A DNA stretch of 64,000 bases from assembly GCA_964016885.1 (NCBI GenBank), contig OZ024754.1, positions 41,850,001 through 41,914,000 on the forward strand, in the 5' to 3' direction. Below the pieces are notes generated by a model. The model was not told the origin of the DNA. It made no database searches and saw only the letters and a program-made list of their open reading frames with translations. The position numbers were made by a program, and so were the translations under genes. This stretch comes from Eledone cirrhosa (lineage: Eukaryota). Positions 27,462 to 37,865 of this stretch are shown here, piece after piece (within the stretch, counting starts at the first letter, position 1; every line of letters starts with the position of its first letter).

Positions 27462-29065
27462 ACAAACATGCATCCATGCATATATTCGCACTTAGACATA
27501 CATCCCCATGTGTGTGTGTATATATATATATATATTTATTTGTTTTGCAAGGTTTTTGATATGAAATTGTGTCGAAACAAATATTGTTGTACTTGGGGAG
27601 GGTCATATTGTTATAATAATATTGCCAGAAATAATAACACAACACAACCAAACCAAACAGTGAGTGTGTTCTGTTATTATTTCTGGCAATATTATAACAA
27701 TATGACCCTCCCCAAGTATAACAATATATATATATTTATATATATATATATATATATATAGTGTGTCAGTAGAAAATAGAGACCATACATACTACAGACA
27801 GATGGTTAGCTGAAAAGAAGCTGATGAAGCATGAATACTAAATCCGAAGATATGCAATAGTATTCCTCATTACACAGGCATGGTAAGATGGTGGTAAAGT
27901 AATAAAAGGTGATCCCAGTCTTCTAATATTTACATTTAATAAATTATATACAACTAACCACAATTTAAATTCCTTCCTCATTGTGTAACAGGCTAACACT
28001 ACATCTTAATTTTATTATTTCCTCAACAGGCGACTGAAAGTATCCAACAGCTTGTGTTTCTCTGCCAAACAGACTCCTCTTCATTAGTTAAAATATATCT
28101 CAAAGATGCTCTTTTCTCCTTAGGTATGTTATCACCTCTTCTTTTGATAAAATAAAATACTACTTATTATATTCTATATATTTTATATACTAAAAGGGCA
28201 GATGAACTAACAATACTGCCAGTCTACCCCATGTCCTAACAATACTGTCAGTCTACCCCATGTCCTAACAATACTGCCAGTCTACCCCATGTCCTAACAA
28301 TACTGCCAGTCTACCCCATGTCCTAACAATACTGCCAGTCTACCCCATGTCCTAACAATACTCCCAGTCTACCCCATGTCCTAATACTACCAATTTATCT
28401 GTTTCTACTTTTGGCACAAGGCCAGGAATTACCCCAGTACATTACTGGTACTTTATTTTATCGACCCTGTAAGGACGAAAGGCAAAGTTAACCTCGGCAG
28501 GATTTGAACTCATACCATAAAGGGCCGTAACTCTATGCTGCAAAGGATGGTGTCCGACCCTCTACCGATACTGCCAATCCACCGCCCTTTATTTATCTTA
28601 ATAATGAAGTAATAAATAATTTTAGTGTATCCCTCCAAATTTTCCATTAATTAATTCAAATACTGTAAATTTCATTGGAAATATGGTCAAGCAAGTGTTA
28701 ATAAATAAATGAATTAATTAATTCTTCATCCACTTATTTCTGAGAGGGTCGTGGGGGGGTCAAAGTCCTCAAACTCTCCTTCCAGTGGGTCCTGTCAGAA
28801 GCAACAAACTCCAACAAATCAAGCTGGATCCCCAAATGAGACCAGCCAAGCTCATGTGTGTTATCCAACCATCTTGCTCTGGGTGGGTCTACCCCTGGGT
28901 TACCCTCATGCCGGTTGGTTTTGACTGTAAAATCTTATCAATAATTGATGAATGAATGAATTTATTTATTTATTTATTTATTTTGCAGGGAAAGAAGGAA
29001 TCAAAGCATTTGAAGAGACCCAGCTGGGTTGTCACGGATTCCAAGGTGTCCATGTACAAAAGTAA
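3367..29065 (+). CDS. RIPOR: RIPOR/FAM65-family gene (Rho family-interacting cell polarization regulator), 5'-partial, 18 coding exons, about 778 aa in window
   Basis: The spliced translation matches recalled RIPOR/FAM65 motifs in order: [86 protein letters not shown], and a C-terminal HEAT/ARM-like EALED..A.VALSLL.ATESI..LV.LCQTD..L.SLG. All introns are GT-AG with matching phases. It cannot be assigned to vertebrate RIPOR1, 2 or 3. Confidence 0.95.
3507..3950 (-). mobile_element. RTE 3' fragment; further 3' UTR or tail pieces at about 2228, 5188-5455, 11312, 13270-13500, 19340-19520, 21340-21490, 26850, 36445-36825, 37090, 37385-37535, 46280-46740, 56260-56670, 60360-60665
   Basis: [17 protein letters not shown]...WRHAV, plus shared motifs aaaagcacccag..cactgtaaa, ggaagggcatccagctgtag and catgctagcatgg..aacgt..(tga)n. 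Confidence 0.85.
4823..4871 (+). CDS. RIPOR: RIPOR exon ([16 protein letters not shown])
   Basis: ttccag|ATT...GAA G|gtaatc; 49 nt, phase 0-1. Confidence 0.9.
5923..6017 (+). CDS. RIPOR: RIPOR exon ([14 protein letters not shown]...GFKECSQ)
   Basis: caacag|GG...CAG|gtaata; 95 nt, phase 1-0. Confidence 0.9.
6552..7981. repeat. 34-bp minisatellite (about 42 copies)
   Basis: Unit ggaaagtgttgatcctattggt(c/g/t)actgggctata. Confidence 0.95.
8466..8529 (+). CDS. RIPOR: RIPOR exon ([21 protein letters not shown])
   Basis: ttccag|ACA...AAA G|gtatat; 64 nt, phase 0-1. Confidence 0.92.
10318..10682. repeat. 22-bp pyrimidine-rich minisatellite
   Basis: Unit tcctcatctctaccacatctct and variants. Confidence 0.85.
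10684..11285 (+). mobile_element. CR1-clade LINE 3' end whose last 61 bp of ORF are tandemly amplified (about 7.5 copies, 10777-11245)
   Basis: Reads [10 protein letters not shown]...[14 protein letters not shown]; the unit encodes [21 protein letters not shown], the classic CR1/L2-group C-terminus. Confidence 0.8.
13754..13923 (+). CDS. RIPOR: RIPOR exon ([16 protein letters not shown]...DIISLK)
   Basis: ctacag|GA...AAA|gtaagt; 170 nt, phase 1-0; carries the hallmark GFARLC motif. Confidence 0.96.
14840..14985 (+). CDS. RIPOR: RIPOR exon ([23 protein letters not shown]...IIVTW)
   Basis: ttatag|GCA...TGG AA|gtaaga; 146 nt, phase 0-2. Confidence 0.93.
16801..16918 (+). CDS. RIPOR: RIPOR exon (NPLEGVDES...GQYSQL)
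   Basis: tttcag|T CCA...TTG|gtaggt; 118 nt, phase 2-0. Confidence 0.88.
17649..18068 (+). CDS. RIPOR: RIPOR exon (FGSQLDLLG...[26 protein letters not shown])
   Basis: ctacag|TTT...AAG|gtaacg; 420 nt open, phase 0-0. Confidence 0.9.
19160..19278 (+). CDS. RIPOR: RIPOR exon ([30 protein letters not shown]...)
   Basis: ttacag|AAG...CCT AG|gtttgt; 119 nt, phase 0-2; conserved ALE.FDFLN motif. Confidence 0.93.
20006..20222 (+). CDS. RIPOR: RIPOR exon (ESRRSSLDH...[22 protein letters not shown])
   Basis: ttttag|T GAA...GAG|gtcagt; 217 nt, phase 2-0. Confidence 0.92.
21100..21229 (+). CDS. RIPOR: RIPOR exon ([19 protein letters not shown]...)
   Basis: ttacag|AAT...TCT G|gtaact; 130 nt, phase 0-1. 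Confidence 0.92.
21489..21738. repeat. 56-bp minisatellite (about 4.5 copies)
   Basis: Unit atgatgtgacttggt...agtatttcaagacctagctaattatgttacagt. Confidence 0.9.
21783..21941 (+). CDS. RIPOR: RIPOR exon ([18 protein letters not shown]...KPTR)
   Basis: caccag|TT...AGA G|gtaaat; 159 nt, phase 1-1. Confidence 0.88.
22116..22822. repeat. 48-bp minisatellite (about 14 copies) derived from an RTE 3' UTR motif
   Basis: Unit gtcatgataaaatggacccagtccttcctgtaaagaggtagtgctggt. Confidence 0.92.
22905..23048 (+). CDS. RIPOR: RIPOR exon ([11 protein letters not shown]...[10 protein letters not shown]...IIEE)
   Basis: ttacag|TA...GAA A|gtaagt; 144 nt, phase 1-1. Confidence 0.9.
23133..23340. mobile_element. 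piggyBac-like MITE family 1 (about 200 bp, TTAA-flanked); copies at 34739-34937 (reverse), 52129-52322, 47072-47277 (truncated)
   Basis: TTAA|CCCTTTAGTATTTA...TAAATGTTAAAGAG|TTAA terminal inverted repeats; shared internal sequence across copies. Confidence 0.78.
23370..23580. repeat. 48-bp (3 x 16) minisatellite
   Basis: acataatgtatctatt / acatagtgcatctgtt / acatagcatacctatt subunits. Confidence 0.8.
23663..23719 (+). CDS. Candidate alternative 57-nt cassette exon of RIPOR ([19 protein letters not shown])
   Basis: Pyrimidine tract tcttgtctcttactccacag| and donor TTG|gtaagg; phase 1-1 matches both neighbours; no stop in frame; no homology support. Confidence 0.45.
23926..24021. mobile_element. 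96-bp palindromic MITE with TA flanks; half copy at about 1490-1540
   Basis: TA|GGAAAAAAGTCAGTACCCCGACGGCTGAGCTCC...GGAGCTCAGCCGTCGGGGTCCTGACTTTTTTCC|TA. Confidence 0.8.
24215..24364 (+). CDS. RIPOR: RIPOR exon ([10 protein letters not shown]...DNQDIRQAT)
   Basis: tttcag|TT...ACT G|gtgagt; 150 nt, phase 1-1. Confidence 0.9.
24497..24860. repeat. 63-bp minisatellite (about 6 copies)
   Basis: Unit tcatgaactggaagagagg...ggggaaacagggag..tacagtataccctagctgtgat. Confidence 0.9.
25157..25203 (+). CDS. RIPOR: RIPOR exon ([16 protein letters not shown])
   Basis: tttcag|CA...AAG|gtttgt; 47 nt, phase 1-0. Confidence 0.88.
26192..26275 (+). CDS. RIPOR: RIPOR exon ([28 protein letters not shown])
   Basis: ttacag|TCA...CGG|gtaaat; 84 nt, phase 0-0; HEAT-like. 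Confidence 0.92.
26992..27340 (+). mobile_element. tRNA-derived SINE with RTE-derived 3' tail; full copy also at 60012-60355, partial copies at 8815-8975 (-), 39655-39760, 40635-40730, 43750-43830 (-)
   Basis: A box TGGCTTAGTGG and B box GAGTTCAATTC; central ccttgagcaagacactt...ttgctccagtttactcagctg; 3' part matches the RTE 3' UTR; (TGA)n tail. Confidence 0.85.
27581..27727. repeat. 147-bp foldback hairpin (arms about 65 bp), MITE-like
   Basis: atattgttgtacttggggagggtcatattgttataat... is mirrored by ...attataacaatatgaccctccccaagtataacaatat. Confidence 0.8.
28030..28123 (+). CDS. RIPOR: RIPOR exon ([16 protein letters not shown]...ALFSL)
   Basis: caacag|GCG...TTA G|gtatgt; 94 nt, phase 0-1. 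Confidence 0.93.
28207..28390. repeat. 29-bp minisatellite (about 6 copies)
   Basis: Unit ctaacaatactgccagtctaccccatgtc. Confidence 0.9.
28989..29065 (+). CDS. RIPOR: RIPOR terminal coding exon ([25 protein letters not shown])
   Basis: ttgcag|GG AAA...AAG TAA; resembles the RIPOR LG..G..A(Y/F)E end. Confidence 0.88.
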
Positions 29066-31011
29066 GAGTCATAGTACAACCATTGTGGGAGTATGTGATC
29101 TGGATCTCTTACTGATAAACCAACCAGAAATAGAAGCCTATTGGATAGAACTTTACAGGTGAAAGAAGGAATCCAAACAGGCCGATCTTTATTTCTTCCC
29201 CTAGTTATACTAGGTGGTTCTTTCTGTTAAGCCATGACAGCAAATCTTTCAGCCAACTTCAGTCAAAATGATATTTTGACATTCAGTAAAAACATCTATG
29301 AACCTATCTACCTATCTATCTGTCTACTTGCCTACCTACCTACCTATCTACCTACCTACCTACCTATCTACCTACCTACCTACCTATCTACCTATCAGCC
29401 TGTTCACCAAATCACCTATTCACCCACATGTTTATTAACTTATCCCAATAGCAGCTTGCAAACCATTTCCACCTACCCTCCCAGTAGCCTGGAGTTTGGA
29501 TGGGCAACCCTTTGTGCTATGTCTCTTATTGATACACCAACCGTCAGCATCCGTATGTCACCCACTGTTGGGTCCTTTTTACTCAACAGCTTGCACTAGC
29601 CACTGCAATAATAATAACAACAACACTCCTCCCTTAACTTTACCAGCAACACCTCTGTAACCATCCAACCAGAAACAGGTTTACTCATAAATGTTATTAA
29701 TTTTGTTCTACTTTATGAGGTCATCATTGTGTTCAGAGTCAGATCTCATAGTGTAGTACATTGCAACATTTTGTGATTTTTAATGAAACCTCTTTATTTT
29801 TAAACTGTTGGATCTAAGTTCTGACAAGCTTTCTGTCATGTCAAAGCATACATTATATATGATCCTGCACCTAAAATAAGGTTTGAGGAAAATAAAAGAA
29901 ACTTCATTGACATTGTCAAAATCTGATTTTATTTAAAATACATCACCACCCAAACATTCACCACAACTACAAACACACAACTAACACACCAACCATCACT
30001 GCTACAGATACACCACAACTAACACACCAACCAAATATTCACCACAGATACAAACACACAATTAACACACCAAACAACACCACAACCAGCCAGTCAGCCA
30101 AGCAATCAACCAACCAACTAACCTAACTAACAACCAATGACAACCAATCACAATAAACCAGTTAACTCTGTTATTGGTTTTGATTGTTGATAACTTATTA
30201 ATGTCTTTTACTTCAGCATCGTTGTACTGTATTACAATACTCCTCTTCTGTGTGTGGTGTTACAAACCTGTTCTCTGTAAAGCTATAATACTCTACTACT
30301 AGTGTGTGTGATGTTACAATATTCTACTAGTGTGTGTGATATTACAAACCAGTTCTGTATAATGTTACAATATCCTACTAGTGTGTGATATTACAAACCA
30401 GTTCTCTGTAAAGTTAAACTTTACTAATGTGTAATCTGTTATAAAAGCTGTACTGTGTAACATTATAGTTATAATACTCTATTAATGTATGTGTTGTTTC
30501 TAAATATCTTAATTACTGTATGATATTTCCATTTGTTGTTACTGTATCAACTTGATAATAATATTGAGTAAATGAAGTTCTTCACACATCAACTCTCTCT
30601 CAATGTTCAGCTTCTGTGTGATTCTTGCTGTGGTTAAATTTCCATCTTACTAATGTAGCAGACATATTGTATTTATGTTTTTTTTTTTAATGAGGGTGGG
30701 TATGGGGTCTTGGGATTCTATGACGCTATGGTCTTGTATACCACCTATAGTTTATTAAGGAAATGTATTTAATATCAGTAACTGCTGATTCCTTATATAA
30801 TGAGTTTTGTTTACATACACACACACCTATTTACAGAGTTTGGGCTGTTTCATATTGTTTATAGCCAAATAACATTTGTATGTTTAAAATACTGACATTT
30901 TTTAATAGAATTCTTGGACTCTTAACAAACAGCAGTATAAGGAATGGATTTCATCAGGCTAGTTACATAGTCACTTGAACCTAGAATTTGTTAGATCCTC
31001 AATTTGTGATG

Positions 31012-31640
31012 AAAACTAGTTGTGGTCAGTTGATCCTAGTTATGATGAGTTGAACCTAATAGGTCAGTTGAACCTAATAGGTCAGTTGAACCTAATAGGT
31101 CAGTTGAACCTAATAGGTCAGTTGAACCTAGTTGGTCAGTTGAACCTAGTTGGTCAGTTGATCCTAGTTGGCCAGTTGATCCTAGTTGGCCAGTTCATCC
31201 TAGTTGGCCAGTTCATCCTAGTTGGCCAGTTCATCCTAGTTACAGTCAGTTCATCCTAGTTACAGTCAGTTCATCCTAGTTACAGTCAGTTCATCCTAGT
31301 TACAGTCAGTTCATCCTAGTTACAGTCGGTTCATCCTAGTTACAGTCGGTTCATCCTAGTTACAGTCAGTTCATCCTAGTTACAGTCAGTTCATCCTAGT
31401 TACAGTCAGTTCATCCTAGTTACAGTCAGTTCACCTAGTTACAGTCAGTTCATCCTAGTTACAGTCAGTTCATCCTAGTTATGGTCAGTTGAACCTAGTT
31501 TTTTTACATCCACAATAAGTGATGAAAACTACTTATAGTCAGTCTGTTAAAACTAGTTACAGTCAATTAAAACTAGTTATGGTCAATTAAAACTAGTTAT
31601 GGTCAGTTAAAACTAATTTTGGTCTGTTGAAACTAGTTAT
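31012..31640. repeat. 18/20-bp minisatellite with graded unit change, downstream of the RIPOR stop
   Basis: agttgaacctaataggtc, then agttcatcctagttggcc, then agttcatcctagttacagtc, then aattaaaactagttatggtc. Confidence 0.9.
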
Positions 31641-32356
31641 TTTACATCCACAATACACAACTAGTTGATGACTGCTACTGTTACTAGAAGTTAATTTGCA
31701 TTCCGTTTTTGTATGTGATATAAAATAAACTGGAATTTAATAATAATTGTCTAAACCAATCAAAAACCATTTCAATGCAGGACTCAACTGATGTCTTGAT
31801 CTATTAAAAACAAAACTTCATTGTTTTTAAAAGTTGGGGCTTCATGAAAATAATCAGCTCTTGTGAGAGTGAAAGAGAGAGGAACTGATGAGTGAGAGAG
31901 AGGGTCGAGAGAAAGAGAGAGAGGGAATGATGAGTGAGAAAGAGGGTCGAGGGCGGGCCGAGAGAGAGGGACTGATGAATGAGAGAGGGAAGAGAGAGGT
32001 TGATATTATTGTGTGAGTATTTTCATGATAGAGTTGAGCCAATAAGAAAGTTCTTTGTATTGTGACGACCTACCTACATGATGGTATTGAGATATCTTTG
32101 CGTAGTCAAAGAAACCTGTCAGAGAATGAGGAGAGGCTTTAGTGAAGGTACAGAAAATAAACATTTGAAGAAACGGGGACAAACATAACATTTCAACATC
32201 TTTGTTTGGCTTTATTTTGGGTTTTATTTTATTTTTATTTTTTTGTTGTTTTTTGTTTCAAATATGTCTGTTCTTGAACATGTTGGAACTGTTGTATTAA
32301 ATTATGTTTTAAACTTCAGCAAAACAAAAAAAGACACAAAAAATGTTAAGATTAAT

Positions 32357-32541
32357 TGTACAGTTGTGGAACTCTCCAATGTATGTACAGTTGTGGAACT
32401 CTCCAATGTATATACAGTTGTGGAACTCCCCAATGTATGTACAGTTGTGGAACTCTCCAATGTATGTACAGTTGTGGAACTCTCCAATGTATGTACAGTT
32501 GTGGAACTCTCCAATGTATGTACAGTTGTGGAACTCTCCAA
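32357..32541. repeat. 27-bp minisatellite (about 7 copies)
   Basis: Unit gtacagttgtggaactctccaatgtat. Confidence 0.92.
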
Positions 32542-32626
32542 TTTGTCAAATCATTTCCAAACGTTTCCATTTTTCATGAATTCAATCAAACTTTTTAAAC
32601 TTGTTTCCATATGAAATAAATATATG

Positions 32627-32698
<72 letters not shown>

Positions 32699-34109
32699 GT
32701 GTGTGTGTGATATATTAATTATAATAATTTGGCCAGTCTAACGAGTCATTAATATCAAATCCAACTCTTAGGAACCCCCCATCTAACCTTGGTTTATTTA
32801 CTAAGTCACTGATTAATACTCTTTATGGCTTGTCCATTTTTTTGGAGGAGGGTGTCTCTTTTTTTCTTTTTTGTTCCATCTTTTTTTTGTTTTTTCTTTT
32901 TTTTTTCTTTCTTTTTTCTTCGTTTGTTTTGTTTGTTTACCAAATATGAAATCTGTGTCATTATAAATGACGGAATCAAATCCTGACTTAATGATAGAAT
33001 TGTTAAAATATGTTGTATGTTGAGATTTTTTTCTTTAAATGTTGTCTTATATATTATGTGTCTCCCTAGAGATGTGCTGAAAACAGTTGAAGTAAATATC
33101 TTTACCGTTGCAACAGACAGGACATTTTTAATATTTATCCTCTTCTCATTCTTCTGCCATTCCTCTTCACCAAAGTCTGTCAATAAAAGGTTTCTGTTTC
33201 CTTCTCTTCAGCCCTACTGTTGATATACTTTACATACCATGTTGGCCAATAATTTAACAATGCTAAGAAATTTACTAAAAGCTAACTAAATCACCAATTA
33301 ATGGCTGAATCTTTATATATATATATATTTAATTAGAAAGTGAACAACACAAAATATAACTACTCCAGGCATATATTATTATCGTCTATGATCCAGAAAC
33401 CTTTGGTAATGGAAGTTATATTTTGTGTTGCCCCTCTGTATGTGCATGTCTGTGTGTTTGTATACCTGTGTGTGTGTGTCTTTTGTCTTTAGATTATGGC
33501 ACCAAATTCTACACTTCTCTCTGTTACTATGGTGATACTGAAGTGTGATATTTCGACTTTTCACGCCAGTACAAATTAAAAATCCAAAAATTTAAAAAGA
33601 GTTTCCATCTCTGTAATGTCTGGAATATTCTCAAAGAATCTTATTAACACCTCATCTAAGATATTGAGATATTCAGTAAAAATAGTAAACTGAACAACAA
33701 CAATATGCAGACTTGGTTATAATATCAAATTTTGGTGGGAATGAAAATAAATCAATATTGAAATCACATGGACATTTATCTGTTCATGTTTCTGGGTATT
33801 TTATAAAATATTTTACTGGGGTTAAATGATGAAATCAATAAAATATAGGGCAAACAATTCTCATTTCAACTGGAATTGAAAATAATTGTAAATTCTTGCT
33901 TCTTTCCGTTGGGTTATTTAGTTTTACATATTTTGGGGTAAAAAAAATATGAAAAAAGTCTGAGAAAAATCCTGATATTGTCTTAGACAAATTTTGTAGG
34001 TCATTTCATGGGGTAATCTAGAAATATTTGCATATTGTGATGTTGTCCATTTTGTTTTGTACTGCAAGAGATTTACCATTCTGTAGATACTCTCCGTTTA
34101 TAATTTTCC

Positions 34110-34155
<46 letters not shown>

Positions 34156-34557
34156 GGCTATCTTTGGTTAGTTATTTCAATATAGAAGGTATATATATAT
34201 AGGTTAACTTTGGTTATTTCAACATAGAGGGTGTATATAGTCATTATATATACACAGGTTATCTTTGGTTAGTTATTTCAACATAGAAGGTGTGTATATA
34301 TACAGTCATTGTGCATCTTTAAAGATATTAACATTTAAATGTACACAAGGACTTTATAAATACCCTGTATTTTTATCAATAAATAAATGTTTAATATATA
34401 AAAGTAAAATTAACAAACAAAACTAAAATAAGACAGCCCCCCACCCACCCCGAAAAAATTTCTAATTTTTTTATCCTTGCTTATTACAAATGTGTCAAAT
34501 AAACTCAGAGTTGTCTTTTCCTGTTTCCAAAACTATGTATGTATATATGTATATATG

Positions 34558-34620
<63 letters not shown>

Positions 34621-35883
34621 ATGTGTAACACACACACACACCTATTTCTCATTCTCTTTCTTAAATAATAATTATAATAAAAATGTCTGAAGATCATAGC
34701 TACAGCAATTGGCTACTTACAGAAACTTTCAGAATTAACTCTTTAGCATTTAAACCGGCTTGTCCGGCCAGAGTTCTCTCATTTCTTTCTGTTCAAACCG
34801 GCTGTAACTGGCCGCTCACACTGATGTTAAGGTATTGTTCTCAAAATAAATATAAAAATCTCATAGATTCGATATTATGAGATAAAGCCTTTACTGTGAA
34901 AATACAACAGTAATAGTGTAATATAAACACTAAAGGGTTAAAAAAAGGAAGATTTTTTTTTTTTTTTTTTTTTATGAAAAGGCAAAACAAACGAAAATTA
35001 CCATTAATTCATTGTTGTACCAAAGAAGCTTGATATTGCTTTACTAGGACGGGGTTTCAACTAGTCTTTATTTGTTTCTGTCAGCACCATTCTACTGTAA
35101 ATTGTTAATGTCATTGAATTAGACAAGAAATAAATATATTTCTCTAATAATGTCATAATACCTTTTTTTTTTTTTTTTTTGGTTACTTTTTCTCCCATAA
35201 TCCACCATGTTCTGCTTTGAATGGCAGAAGCTGTATATTGTATAATAAATATTAAAATTATGAGATTTATTGCAATGTCTAATGTATATTGATATAGAAA
35301 TATGAAGTAATACATTGAATTATGTATTATAATATAAATTTGTGTATTGAATTATATATACATACATACATATATGTATGTATATTAAATATACATCTAT
35401 GTATATATATATTAAACATGTCCTCAAATAACCTTTCACTTTCCTGGCAATCAAGATTTGTATAAATATATTTCCATGCTCTGGGTGGGGGTAAACAGTA
35501 CTAATTAATTCATTTATTAATTAATTAACGTATTGTTCAGTTAATCTGCACAAATGTTGAGGTGTTTATAATTTCTCATTCCTCGTCAAACATACGCTAA
35601 CGAACTAAAATAATAAAACAATATTTGCCAAGCTAGAAAAGAAAATGACCAACAAATAAATCAAGTTTTATTTTTCTTTCATAATTTTTGTTTCTTGAAA
35701 TTTATTCCTGTTTCCAGCTAATTACTCCCTCACCTGACCCCCAGCTCCCCCACCTCATACCCTACCCCCCACCTCTTCATTTTGGTTCAATCTGTAATTG
35801 TCTGTTGGTCTCTCATACCATCTTCATTAAACCTGTCTTTGACACTTTAATAAATATTCACTAATAAAGAACTGTGTTATCTC

Positions 35884-36087
35884 TCTGCCTATAGCTGTCT
35901 GTATATAGAAGTGTCTGTATATAGAAGTGTCTGCCTATAGCTGTGTCTGTATATAGAAGTGTCTGCCTATAGCTGTGTCTGTATATAGAAGTGTCTGCCT
36001 ATAGCTGTGTCTGTATATAGAAGTGTCTGCCTATAGCTGTGTCTGTATATAGAAGTGTCTGCCTATAGCTGTGTCTGTATATAGAAG
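35884..36087. repeat. 32-bp minisatellite (about 6 copies)
   Basis: Unit ctgcctatagctgtgtctgtatatagaagtgt. Confidence 0.9.
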
Positions 36088-36396
36088 CGAAACTATCGAT
36101 AGTCGGGACTAGAAGAATTTTGGCAAAGTTTATATACATTTTTTCTTCAAACTTACATTTTAGACTTAGCTCCGTTTAATTGATTATTTGTCTAGTTAAT
36201 TTATACGGGCTAAGAAGAAAGACTAGGTAAATTTCATCTGACTGTTCCTCGCAGAGGATAGTCTGTATCATTTATCTGTTATTTCTTCGAAGTTACATTT
36301 AAAACTTAGCTCCATTTAAATGATTATTTATCTAGTTAATTTCTACGGACTAAGAAAAATTGGATATATTTTATCTGACTGTTCTTCAAACTTACA

Positions 36397-36443
<47 letters not shown>

Positions 36444-37622
36444 ATCATCACCATTTTACGTCCGTTCTTCCACGCTAGCATGGGTTAGACAGGTTGTCCG
36501 GTTGTGGGCAGTGTCCAGTCGGCTGACCTTGTCTTGCTCATACAGGAACTGATTCTGGCTTGATTTCTACAGCTGGATGCCCTTCCTAACACCAACCTCA
36601 TTTACAGTGAGTACTGGGCGCTTTTTTTCCGTGGCACCTACACATCCACTTTACAGTGTGGGCTGGGTGCTTTTTAGCCATGGCACCTCCATGACCACTT
36701 TGCAGTGGGAGAGGGTGGTGGGCATATTGTCTAAATGCTTCAGCTTCGGCTTGTACCCGTGGGAAGTTGGGTCTTCTGTATTACTGTGTGACGCCAGAGG
36801 TCACGGTCGTGTGTCATCGCCCTTGACAGGTATATATATATATATAAACAGTAGCACTAACACAGTGTAATTCACAATAGAGGGAGTTTTAATAGAGACA
36901 TATACAATATGTTTATGTATAATAAATATATATTGTTTTACTGTATTTTAAATTGGGCTAATGTCACAGCTTAAAATACTCACACTCACAGCGAGATTAT
37001 GTATGTTTATTATACATAAATGTTGTGTATACATTTCCATATACACACCACCTCTCTTTCTCTCTCACTCTCTGTATATATATATATATAATTATCATCA
37101 TTTAACGTCTATCTTCCACGCTAGCGTGGGTTAGACAGGAATTGTCCCAGTTGAGGCAAGATTGATTGGGTGACCATGTCTTGCTTGTATAGGGTTATAT
37201 ATATATATATATAGGTATCTACCTGTCTATGGTAGGGCCTATAACATTGTGAGGACTCTATGTAGTCCTGAAATAATAATTCCAATGAGATCAAGTGATG
37301 GGAGTTGTTTTTTTAGTGGTCTTTCATCCTATAAAATTCTGTTGTGCTAGCTAAACAAGCTACAGAATCATATATATATATATCATCATCATCATCACCG
37401 TTTAACATCTATTTTCCATGCTTGGGGTTGGATGGGTTTTGATATTCTGTGAGTACACCATGTCTTGCTCATACATACTGTTTTTAGCTTGGTTTCTACA
37501 GCTGCATGTCCATCTTAATGCCGACCACTTTAGAGCTTGTGTAGCCCCAGCTATTTCTGCATTTGAGATTCCTACAATTTTACAACATTTTGACACACTT
37601 ATTGCTTCAAATCATTTCATAT

Positions 37623-37671
<49 letters not shown>

Positions 37672-37770
37672 TCTGAAATGTTAAGACCCTCTTCCTGCTA
37701 TTTCAAGCGTTAACCTAATATATTCATTCTATATACTGTACTGATTGTGTTGTTATTTCTGTTCACCTTT

Positions 37771-37802
<32 letters not shown>

Positions 37803-37807
37803 TCTAC

Positions 37808-37865
<58 letters not shown>

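Noticed and set aside
29066-35870. Exact RIPOR polyadenylation site
   Set aside because: There are many AATAAA hexamers in AT-rich sequence (e.g. 31724, 33182), and none can be chosen without transcript data.
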